Of a stretch of 64,000 nt of DNA, positions 24,845-39,487 are shown one piece after another. A program made the translations under genes and the position numbers. A model generated the notes under the pieces. It searched no databases. It worked only from the letters and a program-made list of their open reading frames with translations, and had not been told where the DNA came from. Origin of the DNA: Antedon mediterranea (taxonomy: Eukaryota; Animalia; Echinodermata). The stretch is from the NCBI RefSeq assembly GCF_964355755.1, contig NC_092672.1:21527237-21591236 (forward strand), in the 5' to 3' direction. How positions within the stretch are numbered: the first letter of the stretch is position 1; every line of letters starts with the position of its first letter.

Positions 24845-26100
24845 TTTTAAATATAATGATCTTATGAGTAATAATATCTGCATGTTATAATGCTATTTAA
24901 TGTTTTTATTTAACTGTATTGATGCTAGAATTGGCATTATTTGAAGTTTTTCAATATATTTTTTTTTCTGATATTTAGTCATAAAAATTGCTATGACTGT
25001 ACATTTTGTCATGTTTAAACATTTCCATTGAACTCTTTGTAAAACAATGAAAACTACAGCAACATACTATTGAAATATAATCCTTATTCCAAAGTGTAGA
25101 TATACAGTAATTAAGTCGGAATTATGTACACTTCTATTACACAAAATTTCAATTTTTTTTAGTTCATTTTCACAAAACTGTTTATTAACTTTTGAAACAC
25201 TATGAGATTCTACCTATATATCACAGAGGTACAAATGATCAAAGATGCTAGTTGATAGACATATAGACTGTATTCATTTATTTTATAATTATTATCATAC
25301 TCATTTGCCATACTCTCCGCCATACTCTCCTTTATTCCTTTCAACAACATCACCACCAACTCCAACCACCTCCTGGTTATAGTCACCACCACCAATCCCA
25401 AGAATGATGATGCAGAATTTGGTTGAGAGCTAAAGTGATCTTTTAATACACACCACAATTATAGTTCTTTGTTATTAGGTTGTAATTATTTTTTCCATAT
25501 GCAAGATACAGATAGTATATCTGCCACATTTATTCTTTATACGCAGGATTAACAAACATAAATAAAACTGAAATAGCGGCACAAATATAATTTGTAAGTT
25601 ATTTACCGTACCTAGTTTTTAACAAATCACCTTACATAATAATTACAGTATCAAACCACCATTACAATGTCATACAAAATGTAAAAATAAACAAATCATC
25701 ATTAGCATGGTGATGATTGATCCATAGCAATATTTTTAGTCTATTTAAAAAAATGTTTATTTCTTAAAATTTATTTAGATATACATACACACATAGTAAA
25801 TTATAGTAAACAAAAAATAAATGAAAATTGTTTAACACTAAACAACCTACATTAGCGGTGAAATTATACCACTAAGAAACACAAGAAAGCTGAACTTAGA
25901 CTTAAATGTTCTACACAACTGTAACAAGTTCAGAGTGTATCCAACATTTAACATTATGACATATTTTAGACCACTGACAATGGTGATCACCAGTGCTTGG
26001 CAAAGTCTGCAGTTGCACTTTATATCATGTTTTATTCATTCATATTTATCTCCATCATCCAACTTTATCAAACAAAACTTTTTTGAGGATAAACATACAG
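24845..26100 (+). repeat. Older diverged duplication E (paralog ~35585-37000)
   Basis: Shared anchors in the same order: aatgatcaaagatgctagttg (~25233/36071), tttgccatactctc, caccagtgct (~25988/~36877). Confidence 0.6.
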
Positions 26101-27254
26101 TAGCTATATGTAAGGTTCAACTTTAATAATTTTAAAAAGTTTAACATTTTCTAACATTAATGTTAAAAGATTACTTTTAAAAGAACTTATATTATAATTT
26201 CAATTTTCAGTACAAGCTATTTAACAATTTAAAAAAAAGATATGCCAAGTTATTGTAGCATAACTTTATATTTTAATCAATGGATGTAAATGACTTTGCA
26301 TTATATAAATGTATTACAATTGTTTATAAACTCTTAATTGTTGTAGATTCTATTTCAGTACAACCTTTTTTTAAAACTAATATTGACCTTGGTTCATCCT
26401 TGTTTCAGTTGATGGTCCTACCTTTTTAATAGAATTACATTCATGTTCACAGAGTAAATTAAGATTTATCTCCTTTAAAATTAAATTCAATAAAACTATA
26501 TCCCATAACAATTTTCCTATGAATAAATAGATGGAATTATTCTTAGTTTATTGATTTGATTCAGACCAATTTCATACACATTTAGCAATATTTTTTTCAT
26601 TTTTTAACTAATAATATGCATAGAAAATGTTTATTTTACAACTACAATACCTCATTAAGTAATTCATTTATTTACTTTGTTATGGCTTTAACTAGTTGAA
26701 TTCTCTCATGGTACCAATATAAAGTCTTAATTGGCAATACATTTCTATTGATCATACATTCTAATAATTTATGTTTCATAATAAAGGAAAAATAAACGGT
26801 GCGGGAAAAAACATTATCAGATGACTAAATATATGTAATATAACGTTTTAATACATTTCTGGTGTTTTTGTGCAACTTCAAATTTTTATTTTTGTGCTAT
26901 AGTTTAGTAGTAAACTAAATTTATCTTCCCATTTCCACCCTTTAAGACAGAATAGTCCAACTTCCCTTCGCTTGTAGTAGAGCACCGTATCAAGAATGTT
27001 AAATAACAGACAAGAGACATAAAATTGCTTGTCTACATACACTTTATTCACAGTACACATATGGCTGAATGCATATAACAACATTACTATAAGCCCAAAA
27101 ACCTTTAACACGTGGCTTACCTTTCATCGGTCATGCTTTTTTAACAACCTACCTTAAACCCCTGCGTTAGCGGCTGAGGTAACACCAACCCAGCGAATGC
27201 TATGCAGTCCAAATAGATACTTATTGTACCCACATCTTCGTAAAATATCATTAA

Positions 27255-28383
27255 AATGGACCTGAAATGGATTTTCGATTTTTTTCATTTTAGAATGATG
27301 TTTTGGGGGCTATTAGGTGTTGCTAGAATGTATATTGTTACAAAATATAAATTGGCCCTTTTAGGGAAAGCCCCATTTGAAAATCAAAAAAATTCGCGGG
27401 TGACGTCACTTTGCGAATATATTCCTATCCCTCCAATGGAAAATTTGCAGTTTTTTGGCTATAACTCTTGAAATCTATGGAGTATTTTCTAAAAAATGCT
27501 TGTGCATTTGCAGAAACGAATTTAGAATTTTTTTAGATAAAATTATTACCGTATAAACGGTTATTCATCGAGTAAATGACGATTTAAAATCTTAAAATCA
27601 ACGGTTTTTTTCTGGCAATACCGAAGTTGGCCTGGCAAGGTTGTCCGGGATACAGCTCCGTGCGCAATGATGCGTATCCATATTTTCCGTTTCGTGTATT
27701 TTATATATCGTTCGTAATTTATACTGCTAAATTGTGTTAGTTTCTTTAGTTTTTAGTTTAGCAGAATTAAATTATTAATATGAGATGATAATTTATTTGT
27801 CACGAATCAGGCAGTTCGAAAACGAATTTATTCATATTTTACTTTGGCTTGACAATGAGCGCAGCAAGTTGTTGATATCGCTTTGGTCCTTGGATGCACA
27901 TGAAACGGAGCCTCGCCGCATGATGTAGGTGGTGGATCGACTCCGCGCTCTGGATTGGGGGCCTAGGCCTAGTAACGGTTTGGGAGGTAGGCCTTCTAAA
28001 TTCGGGTTTTAGAACAAACGAAGTACATTTTAGGGACCTATATTTCAACAACATTAGATATTGAATAAATTACTATTAGTGTCAACGCTTCGCGTATCTT
28101 TCCAGGCCGTCGATCATTCACTGACTATCGGGCGGCATACACGCTCTCGATATCATCGTATGTATATGTGACGTCGTGAATATAGAGGCTTCCGACGGCC
28201 GTTGAAATAGAATATTGCAATGGCGTGAGTAATTTTCGCTAATTTACCATGGTATCTTAAAATTTCGTTTTTACTCAAAATACTATACATTTTGTTTTTA
28301 TTTGTGTGGGTTTGTGTTAATTTGATACATTTAAATAACATGTGTGAATTTTTTGAAAATCGAAATTCCATTTCAGGTCCATT
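27255..28383. mobile_element. Non-autonomous DNA transposon with TTAA TSD (Kolobok-like)
   Basis: TTAA|AATGGACCTGAAATGGATTTTCGATTTT ... AAAATCGAAATTCCATTTCAGGTCCATT|TTAA, ~28-bp TIRs. Confidence 0.85.
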
Positions 28384-30226
28384 TTAAACAGCACGGCAGC
28401 GTGAATAGGACATCTTTCTAGCATGTGCCTACTAGTTGATTTCACTGACTAAATAGTGCTAATGTGGTTCCATGCCTTCTACTCTCTATATCAGCATGTA
28501 TAAAGACCCAGGTATCTGTCTCCAACAATAATGTCCAACCACCAATAGTTTTGATAGTTCAAACACTGAATTATTTAATATTTTAAATAAACCAAAATAA
28601 ATTTACACTATCTAGTATCTTTGTAAAAAATTTATAAAATATGCACTTGATGTTAATTTTCATTTTACCCAAACCTTGTATTATTTTAGATAAATACAGA
28701 ATTTAATTTACAGTATTTTGGTACAAAACTATGGAACCAAGACCTTCTGTTTCTGAATTATTTCTTGTAGATGTTAAAACTTTGATTAGTTTTATAAACT
28801 ACACCTTTTCACCTTTTGTCAATTATATAAGAATGTAATTATTCTGTTACTGACATTTAATGATTCAGGTTTCTCCTTCATCTAATGTTCAAGCAGTATT
28901 GTTATAATTTTTTTTTATTGAGAATTGTCCTATAATTTCACATATAAATTTATTATTCCCTCCTTCATCAAAATAAAATGTACAATGACTTAGGAATGTA
29001 TTTAATAATTGCCTTGATTTAATGCACAACTATTAATTTAGATTGTATACTGGCTTTTTCTTTTATCCAAATGTACATATGAAAAACATAAGCACTCATT
29101 TTGAGGACTTGTGATGAGTTGAAAATCAAATAACAATTATTATCTAGTTAAAGTTCAATACAATTTTTTCTGTAAAGGTCAAATGAATACAAAACAGAAA
29201 ATATATTTAGGTTACATTAATTTGTTTAAAAAGTAGCATGAAAATATATAAAATAAAATACATGAATAAAGGTAATGACCATTACAGGAACCAAAACTTA
29301 AAACTAATAAATAAATTCAAAAGAAATATAGACAATAGCATATTATTTCATCAGAAAAGTAGTTGGACAGATAGTGATTTTTCAAATATCATTTAAAAGT
29401 TTTTACAATTAGAAACAATGATTAAATCAAGACTACTCCACTTATATTTGGGGTATCACTTGGTTTGTCAATTAAAAAATTAAATATATTTTTGTTAAAT
29501 ACCTAATTTTGTGGTTAAGCATCATTTGTTGGTTTATAATTGCTAAACCTTCACTCTCGGATTAGAAGGGGCGTAATCACCAGCCCAAACAATGTTACAG
29601 TACTGTATAAGTAAAACATTTTATTTTAATTTCTTTAGAATACCAATATATTTAGATATTTTATTTGATTCAAATTGTTGGCAGCCAATAATCTAAAAGA
29701 CCAAGGAATGATACTTCACTTTTTCTTTAAATTAATTTTCTATTAAAAAACATAACAATTGTTGTTTGTAAGTTTATATCTAATACAATTAGTTTTAGCC
29801 GTATTAATTAATAATTGGTTTGTAGTAAACCATTCACTAGCTTATTTAAATCTAAATTAAAAAATTTCAACAAGACATCAATATTGTTATTAAAATATAA
29901 TAAAGTTGTATCATCTGCAAAAAAAAAGGTTGTCTGGAAGATTTACTAATTATTAATTTGAAATAATGATTTTCATCTGTAAAATAGCTTTTAAACTAAT
30001 CTAAGAAAGGCCCCAAAATACCATAACGAAACAACTTGAAAATATCATGGTTAACAACATCAACATTTTTTGATAAATCTAGAAAAGTACTTCATGAAAT
30101 TAATTGTTTTCAAATGCAGTATTAACACAATTAGTGAGTTCAAGAAAAGCATGACAAGTGGTATTGTATGCATACATTTTTCATTATTTTTTGAAAAAAA
30201 ATGGGTAAAATTAAGATTGGTAAATT

Positions 30227-31595
30227 AAGTGGGATTGCAGCTACGCTTATTCCAGGTGGAAGAACTCTTCATTCGACCTTCAAAATTCCATTAGATGTTC
30301 AATACAGAGTTCACCCAACATGCAGTATTAATAAAAACTCAGCCCTAGCTTCTATATTTAGGGAAACCAGAGGACTAATCGTCGATGAAGCTCTAATGAC
30401 CCACAAATCAGCATATGAGGCCATGGATTACACATTGCGAAACATCACAGCAATAGCACATTCATTCGGTGGTATTCCAACATTGTTGTGTGGTGATAAG
30501 CGCCAGATACCCCCTGTAGTGAAAAACGGTACTCGAGTCAATGTTATTGATGCTGCTATTCAACAACATCAAAACCTACAAAATGTCCACAAATATGAGA
30601 GTACATCTAGCAAACAGCTCTGAAGAGTTTTCTGAATTTCTTTTATCAATTGATGAAGGACGTTTTCAAGTTCTCCTACCTCCAGATACAATCAAGTTGC
30701 CAGCATTCATAAACCATTGTGCAAGTTCTAATGCATTAATCGATGCTGTATATGGCCAAATTCTGAACCATTCTACTGACCATCAATGGTTTCTGGAAAG
30801 ATCCGTCCTTGCTCCACTAAATGAAACAGTGAATCAAATTAATTATTCAGTCCTTACTAACTACCCTGGAGAACTAAAACAATTTAAATCAATTGACTCT
30901 ACTTTGACTAATGAAGAAGCCGTACATTTTCCCGTTGAGTTTCTCAATTCTATCGACATATCAGCACTACCGCCTCACTTACTGTTACTTAAAGTTGGAT
31001 GTCCCATTATAGTGCTCAGATCATTGGATCCACCTAATATAACTAATGGAACTAGATGTATCCACAAACTAAATCAAAATGTTCTCGAGGTGGTAATTTT
31101 AAACGGACCAGGAGCAGGAAAACGTGCACTTATACCGAGAATTCCGTTGACACCTTCAGACGGTGACCTGCCGTTTACATTTAAACGCCTTCAATATCCC
31201 ATAAGACTGTCTTTTGCTATGACCATAAATAAGTCACAGGGTCAAACGTTCAGAAGTGTTGGCATACACCTAGATACAACGGTTTTTTCACATGGCATGC
31301 TGTATGTTGCCCTGTCAAGAGTTGGTTCACCTGAACACTTACATGTATATGTACCAGATTCAAATACGTGAAATGTTGTATATCACGAACTACTGATGAA
31401 CTAGGCCTAACTGGAATAACTGAATACACACAAACTACTACTATGGAGGTAAATACTACATTGTTGCTCTGAGTGTTCTAATGTGTATTACAAAGAGTCA
31501 CTCTTTCTATCATTATTTCTATTGACAGTCAAGGTCTGATCCTTGAGTGTAATCAATGCAACAAACTCCCGCCCTGGAGCGAGTATCTTTGCTAG
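30227..31595 (+). mobile_element. Helitron 3' fragment: PIF1-family helicase pseudogene plus intact 3' terminus
   Basis: Motifs SGIAATLIPGGRTLHSTFKIP, IVDEA, FGGIPTLLCGD, RLQYPIRLSFAMTINKSQGQT, HGMLYVALSRV, T*NVVY, with a frameshift near 30560. Ends ACTCCCGCCCTGGAGCGAGT + atctttg + CTAG|T. Confidence 0.92.
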
Positions 31596-34500
31596 TAATT
31601 GATAAGATGATACAAAATAATTATTAATTAGATTATGCTTATTAATTTGATTAAAACAATGTTGTATTCTCTCACAATATTCCAAAATCTTCATGATTTA
31701 AATTTTGAAAACAATTAATTTATAATAACAGCAAAATGTTCTATGTTATTATATTTCAGTTCACTTAAATAAAGCCAATTATAAAATTCTTTTTTGTTTT
31801 ATTGATTTATAAAAAGCTAATCAGATAGTTCTTTTGTCAATAATAAATCTGGTCATATTTTGTAATAAATAAAAACTGAAATAAAATGTTCATAACATAT
31901 TTTATTAAATACATTATGCATACAGTATGACAAAGATGGTAGCCGGCAGATCATCTATCACATAAAAGTGTGTTGTCTTCAAATCATAGCCTTAGCTTTT
32001 CGAATCACAATGGATCTCTACAAATGATAATGTGTCTTGGGCATAGATCTTCACCTTAATTTTTCCAGTTCAGTATGCATTTTCAATCGAAATATTATTT
32101 AAGCCAAGATCAGTTTTAAAATATGTTCTTTACAAGTTGCATTTGATCTTTTCCTTGATGTCACCTAGCAATTCAGCTTCCATGTAGAGTATCCTGTTTA
32201 GATTTAATGTTCACACATTCATGTCAAACTATCCGTTGTAGCTTTAAATTTATCCTTAGTTTTACTTTGAAGTTCCATAACATTTCTGTTTAGCAATGCT
32301 TGTTAGCCTTGCTTTAGTGATGCTCTTTCCTTGTCAATCCTAGTATTTATGTCAGCTGCTAAGCTACTGTACCCATGGCTTTAGATTTGCCGAATGATTA
32401 ACTGTTGGGAATTAAATATTATGCAGAGCAAGTATGTCTTCACTCAGAGATGTCCATAGCACTTTAATTTTACTGTAAATAAGAATTTGGGTTCTCTACA
32501 CTAAAGGTTATTCACATGACAGTATGTAATAGTGATATGTAAAAGGAATTTAATAATAAATCATAATCATCAGAAATAGAACAATTTATTTAATTAATAC
32601 AATAGATAATCATTTCAATTTGTAGCATTCAAAAATACAGTAGGAGGGTTTGTTTATAATTTAATAATTGTATTACTCGATGGGTAGACACCCCTAAAAT
32701 GTAATTTTTTTTAACTTCATCTTTGGTATTCTTTGAAAATTACCTTTTTTTTCAATGAGCTTGCCTGAATCTTTGACTGTCTGGTGTTTTCGATTCTCCT
32801 TCTCCTTCCTTTTTATTTGGATATAATATCATATTTTGTATCATCTTCTTCCCAACTTTTTTATTTTTTTTTTCTGGGAGCCTAGGCGTAAAGTTTTTAA
32901 ACTTATATAGGTTTCCTTCCACACTATGTTTTTTGTTGGTTATTATTACAAGTGTTTATATAATGATTATTTTATGTATTTTTAATATATGTGTGGAGAA
33001 CATTTATTGAATATTTATTTATTGAATATTGAACAAATCAAATCAAATAAAAAAAAATCATAATATAATAAAGTTGTGTATGTATGCTAAAAATGCCTTA
33101 GTAAACATGTTGTATATGAATACCATTGGGCTACTGGATTAAATTTTGGTTTATATCTAGTAGGAATACAATTAATGTGCATTACTAGAGTAAGCTAAGC
33201 TAGTGGCATGTTTTGAAATTAAAATGACCATTTTGATTAACTGGCATTACATAAATGAAAGTTAAACTATTGTTTAATAGTGAGTATACGTGTACGCTTT
33301 AAATGTTATGATTTTCTAAAAACCAAATGATGGTTACCTCACTAATAGAGTTAGCCTAGGCTTCTAGGATTATAATAGGCCTACCTAGCAGACAATATTT
33401 TTGTGAATAGAATAATTAAATAAAATACTTTTTGTCTTTTCCTATTTGGTCATTTGAATCAATCAAATTGAAAAAATACATTTATAGTTGTGACTACATT
33501 AGGTGTTCTGTAAATCATATTTTTTTCTGTTACTTAGACATTTTTTCATTCTTACTTCTTAAAGTATGTCACTGTAGTAAAAGAATTGTCATGCAACATG
33601 GAAATATTGCTGTTTTAGGACATAGCATCATAACTCAGGTTTTCATAGCCATACAAGACTCTCCTAATTTTAACCAGGATTTGTATGGTTTCAGGCTTTT
33701 ACAGTTTTTAATATTGTATTGGTGTTATGTGTGTCAGTTATTTCAAACCTAAACTTTTAACTCTTTAGGATTTTAATAAACTTCAACAGTGTATTTTCGT
33801 TTTTGAACATGTCGTCAAAAAACTCCCTTCTTATTTTTCTTAACCAAATTTCTTAAATTTTCTTAACAAACTCCGTAATCCACTTTTAATACTAGGGCCT
33901 CACACGCCCTTCATCTTCCTTTAACTAAACTTTCTTTAATTCAACACAATGTCTAATTAATAAGTGCCTCTAAATTATTGAATGCACTTCCTAATGATAT
34001 CACATGTACCCCGATCTCAAGCAATTGTTTTCTGTATTTTCATCAAATTACTAGTATATTTTAAATGATTATTGTCAGTCGTTTTTCATCTCCTCTGTCC
34101 CATATGGCTAAAAAATTCCAATAATTTCTTTAAATTGTATTAATCTATTAATCAGTTTTCCTTGTTGTAATCTTTTGTGGTCATTTTTAGATTTTATTTT
34201 GCATATGTTTTATGCACACATTATGTTTGTGAACAAGCTCCATTACAAAAAGGATTTTATTATTATTATTATATTATAACTTATATTATCAAGGTTCTTT
34301 TATTTTTGAATGAATCCCAAAAGTTTGAGATCTGTCAGTCTTTATAGTGTAAAGCTGGGGTTAAGACAGAGCTAAAATCCTCTGGATAGGAAATAGGGTA
34401 GTATAAACTCTTGAGATGGTGAAAAATGTTTTGCAGAGCAAAGTTTTTAATGGAATTTTTATTTTATGACCCCCCCCCCCCACCACACCCCCAACTAAAA

Positions 34501-34604
34501 AAGTTTTAGATTACATCGTTCCTCTTGAGTTTATTTTGTAGTATAAATGAAGCAGGGCCTCCTGAGCTCAATTTGATTCTTTCAAAGTTAAAATAATATA
34601 TATA

Positions 34605-34660
34605 CCGTAGTTCCTCGGGTATAATCCCACCTCGAGTATAATCCCACCCCCGACTTTAAG
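34605..34660 (+). mobile_element. Left end of a Tc1/mariner/pogo-like element
   Basis: TA|CCGTAGTTCCTCGGGTATAATCCCACC with a repeated GTATAATCCCACC. It starts at the TA where paralogy with ~17160 stops. The right TIR was not found. Confidence 0.5.
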
Positions 34661-37393
34661 TGTGTCATCCATTGGAATAGTTTTATTGCCAGTATTGTAT
34701 GTCTGTGGATTTTCCATCTGAATTGACATAGCAGCAATCAATCATTGTGCCACTTATGAATTTCATGTGTGAGAGCATTTCCGGCCATCTAGATGTGTCA
34801 TTTAACCAAATTTGCTTTAAATCCCGCTCCCTTTTCAGATCCTGGCTAAGGCCCTGGACATTTGGGCAATCCCCTTACGATAGTCCTGCTACCGCCCCTG
34901 TAAATAATTCTAAGCATGTGAAACAAAATACTGATTATTGATTATTTGAAAGTGGATAATTTAAAACATAAAATATGTTGGTATCATATGGATGACACAC
35001 ACACAGAGTGATATATCACTTTGTTAGTTTTTCTGTCTTGTGCTGCTATCTGTATCGTGGTATTCAAGCTTTAAAGTTTAAAAAAATTAAGATAAAATGA
35101 GTTGAATATTTATTATTGAAATGAGTAATTATTATTCAATTACATAATAAAAAATTAGTTTTGATAGCTGAATTCAATTAGCTTGGTGTTTATGAACATT
35201 ACTATTACTACATTAATACATAACTTGCTTGCTCATCTTGATTGTGCTAAATACTTATGCTAGGGTTTTATTTCTAGATTTTTCGTCCTCTTTTAATTCT
35301 ATACAATCAAGTATTTTAATGAAATCAGTAAAACAGCTTAAAGAATAATAGGAACTAAAGAGAACACTAAAGATATTGTTAAAAGTGCAATAAGTAAAAA
35401 GTAATTATGTCGGATGAGTATCACCCTTCCTCACCATTATCTTGTCTTTAGTAAGTCAGGGTGTTTAATATTGTTGGTGTTCCACTTTAGTGCTTGTTGA
35501 CAATTAGGCTTAAATATAGTTGTTACTGTGTGCAAAACAATATCAGTTTTTTGTGGCAACAGTGTACAGTTATATGCTCTAATTTAAAATATAATCTTTA
35601 ATGTGTATTATTATCAATACATAATGCTATACATTATGTTTTTTCACGCTATGGTCATAAATTTCCATTTGAAACACTTTATAAAACATTGAAAACAATA
35701 GTGCCTTCACCATTTTATTAAATTAATATTTTTTTAAACAGTATTTAATCAATAGTATGTTATTTTGTAGGGTTTTAATAAAGTTACTGTAATTACTTCC
35801 GTAGAAAAAAAATTGTGTTTTCACTTATAAAATGACAAATAAATGGTTAAATTCAACAAAAACCCATTGGCTGGCAGCCAATTTGAACATTTTTTCTTTA
35901 AATTATTTATTTTGAAATTTTTTTTTCAAGGGCCATTGCATTTTTAACAAAAAAACTTCAAAAACAAAAAAAATTTCACAAAGCTTCAATTGTTCTTACA
36001 TGATTTTGTATTTTAAAAGCGCAATTTTTTAAACAAGTCACTTAAATGCCCTATGATCCCTGTGTATTATAATGATCAAAGATGCTAGTTGTACTGAATA
36101 TTTTAGTAATGACATGTTTTATTCATCATTTTTAGTAATGCATTTTGCCATACTCTCTTTTATTGTCAACACACTACCAACTCCGTCCACCACCTCCTCA
36201 TCATTAAATAGTGAAGAGCAATGATATTAAAGGATGTAATATAGACCCATATTAGACACATTTTTAGTTTGTAATTATTTTTTCCATAATACATTACAAG
36301 GGCCTATACATTTTATATTACACAGTGCCCTCACTCATCATTTATTTTACTTAAATTCTGTTTATATTGTTAGCACTTTCAGTACCAGTGTACTGTTCAA
36401 TAAAAACCCAAAAATCTGTACAAAATTTTATTTAATTTAATTTTTTTAGACCTTTTTTACAAAACAACTTTATTGAAATAGCATTTATATAAAAAAAAAA
36501 CTATTACCAGCATTAAACTAGATGATGATTTCATTTCATTTTTTGGTCTATTTCAGTATATACAAAAAAAATGAAATTTGGGAGACCAGGGTCAACCTAA
36601 GTGAACTTAATCACTGAGACTCTAAGCTCACTATGTCGGTCGGTAGGTCGGTCGGTAAACACTAACTCAAATTTGCACACGTGACTAAAGCCATGTATAC
36701 GGCCTTGTTAATCATCTATTTAAATAATAATAAATACAACATAGTATAAAACTGACTCCAAATAACAATGATTCAACGTTTCAAACTTTATGTGATCACC
36801 ATCAGGAATAATGATAAAATGTAAGCATTATTGTTATTATTATGGAATGCTTTATTAAATAGGTAACAGCAGGGAGCACCAGTGCTGTGCACAGTCTGTA
36901 GTATAATTAAAAATGATTCCATCTTCTATCATTGTTATATTTATTCATCATCTTCTTCATTATAAGACAATAACAAACAAACTCGTTTAAATATAAATCT
37001 ACCCACTGTAATGTTGGTGTTGCTACAGATTTTCATACTTTAGAACAATGACAGATTATCAATGCTTACTTTATAGCATTCATTCAAGTATAAGTAATAA
37101 TGTCAACAGTATACTATTTGAAAATCACAAAATAAAAAGATCAACTTTAATGATTTTGTAAAGCTTAATATTTGTTAACAGAATGTTCATTCTTTTAAAT
37201 TCAAACTTTTATTTATCCACAAAATATCAAAGATTAAAAATAAACTTTAAAAATGTTAAAACAGTGATCGTGCCTTATAGTCTAGGACAAAAATCTGAAA
37301 AGATGCTTAGAAATCAAGTTAGGGGGAGTGGAATGTTAGAGGCTGTCAACATAGCCAGATATCCTAATTAAACCCTTCTGATCACTCTAAGCC

Positions 37394-38131
37394 CTGTTGA
37401 CACTTAATTTTTTGCCTCGTCTTGAAATGGCGGCCATTTTTCAAAATGGCCGCCATTTTTGTATAAAATGTGGATAAAATCAGATCTAAATAAGGTAGCT
37501 ACACAATCTTGGTGTCTAAACACATGTACTTCAGACACGGAATCCACTAGGCCTTGTTGACACTTCAGTTTTTGCCTCGTATTAAAATGGCAGCCATTTT
37601 TCAAAATGGCCGCCATTTTTAAATAAAATGTGGATAAAATCAGATCTAAATAAGGTAGATACAAAATCTTGGTGTCTAAACACATGTACTTCAGACACGG
37701 AATCCATTAGGCCTTGTTGACACTTTAGTTTTTGCCTCGTCTTGAAATGGCAGCCATTTTTCAAAATGGCCGCCATTTTTATATAAAATGTGGATAAAAT
37801 CAGATCTAAATAAGTTAGATACACAATCTTGGTGTCTAAACACATGTACTTCAGACACGGAATCCACTAGGCCTTGTTGACACTTCAATTTTTGCCTCGT
37901 ATTAAAATGGCAGCCATTTTTCAAAATGGCCGCCATTTTTATATAAAATGTGGATAAAATCAGATCTAAATAAGGTAGATACAAAATCTTGGTGTCTAAA
38001 CACAAATACTTCAGACACGGAATCCATTAGGCCTTGTTGACACTTCAGTTTTTGCCTCGTCTTGAAATGGCGGCTATTTTTCAAAATGGCCGCCATTTTT
38101 ATATAAAATATGCATAAAATCAGATCTAAAA
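37394..38131. repeat. 160-bp tandem repeat, left arm (~4.6 units)
   Basis: tgttgacactt recurs every 160 bp; each unit carries AAATGGCRGCCATTTT palindromes. Confidence 0.95.
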
Positions 38132-38259
38132 AAGTTTTTTGGACAAGTAGTTCTCGAGAAAATGCAGATTCAGTTTACTTTACTTTAAGACTGCTCGCCG
38201 GCTTTTGAAAATTCTCTCCTATCTCTTAAAAATAGCAGGTCTGAAAATAATACTAAAAA

Positions 38260-38578
38260 GTGGTCCAAAATTGGGACCGTGGTCCGGATTGCCTCCAAAA
38301 TGTAATGGAGTGGAACTTGACCACATATCTATCTAACCCTAATTTTGGTAAAGATCTTGCAATAACTTTTTGAGTAATCCTGCTAACAAACAGACAAACA
38401 AATGAAAGCACTCAGAAACTGAGTGAAGTACTTGGCAAAATATATCCACTGATAGGGAGCATGTTGAATGATACATTTTTTTGCTTTAGATATTAGCTTG
38501 ACATAGTACAAATCCAGCTGGGGTTTATAATTTGGGTACGCGATAGACTACATATATCTCCTTAGCGGAGGTAAATAA
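38260..38578 (-). mobile_element. HINE-like fragment nested in the foldback spacer
   Basis: Minus strand reads ttattTACCTCCGCTAAGGAGATA (palindrome) and tttgtctgtttgttagcaggattactcaaaaag (microsatellite/core). Confidence 0.5.
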
Positions 38579-38849
38579 TATTAGTTTATGTATGCCTAAT
38601 AGGAGGGCCTACACAGTCAAGATGAAACATCTGTGAAGTTACATGCAAATGAATTCAACAAAAGCTGAGGCTTTAAAATCCTAGTCATGGCTCTATACAA
38701 ACTAAACCTTTACCAATTTGTAAAACAAATTCCAGATTTTCGATTTCATGAACAGATAAATTAGGTAACCATTTTGAAAAAATGTTAGCTACTGTGCACT
38801 TAACTTTAAAAATTAATTAATTAAACTATTTAAATTTATTTATTATAGA

Positions 38850-39487
38850 TTTAATGGATTCCTTGCCTGAAAAAAACATGTGTTTAGACACCAAGATCGG
38901 GCATATACCTTATTTAGATCCGATTTTATGCACATTTCTATAAAATTAGCGGCCATTTTTTAAAATGGCCGCTATTTCAATACGAGGCAAAATCTGAAGT
39001 GTCAACAAGGCCTAATGGATTCCGTGTCTGAAGTACATGTGTTTAGACACCAAGATTGTGTATCTAACTTATTTAGATCTGATTTTATCCACATTTTATA
39101 TAAAAATGGCGGCCATTTTGAAAAATGGCTGCCATTTTAATACGAGGCAAAAACTGAAGTGTCAACAAGGCCTAATGGATTCCGTGTCTGAAGTACATGT
39201 GTTTAGACACCAAGATTTTGTATCTACCTTATTTAGATCTGATTTTATCCACATTTTATTTAAAAATGGCGGCCATTTTGAAAAATGGCTGCCATTTTAA
39301 TACGAGGCAAAAACTGAAGTGTCAACAAGGCCTAGTGGATTCCGTGTCTGAAGTACATGTGTTTAGACACCAAGATTGTGTAGCTACCTTATTTAGATCT
39401 GATTTTATCCACATTTTATACAAAAATGGCGGCCATTTTGAAAAATGGCCGCCATTTCAAGACGAGGCAAAAAATTAAGTGTCAACA
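38850..39487. repeat. 160-bp tandem repeat, right arm (inverted, ~4 units)
   Basis: aagtgtcaaca recurs at ~38997, 39157, 39317 and 39477. Confidence 0.95.

Noticed and set aside
37404-39478. Repeated 64-104 aa ORFs (MCLDTK...)
   Set aside because: They are by-products of the 160-bp repeat (not a multiple of 3) mirrored in the two arms, with no recognisable domain.
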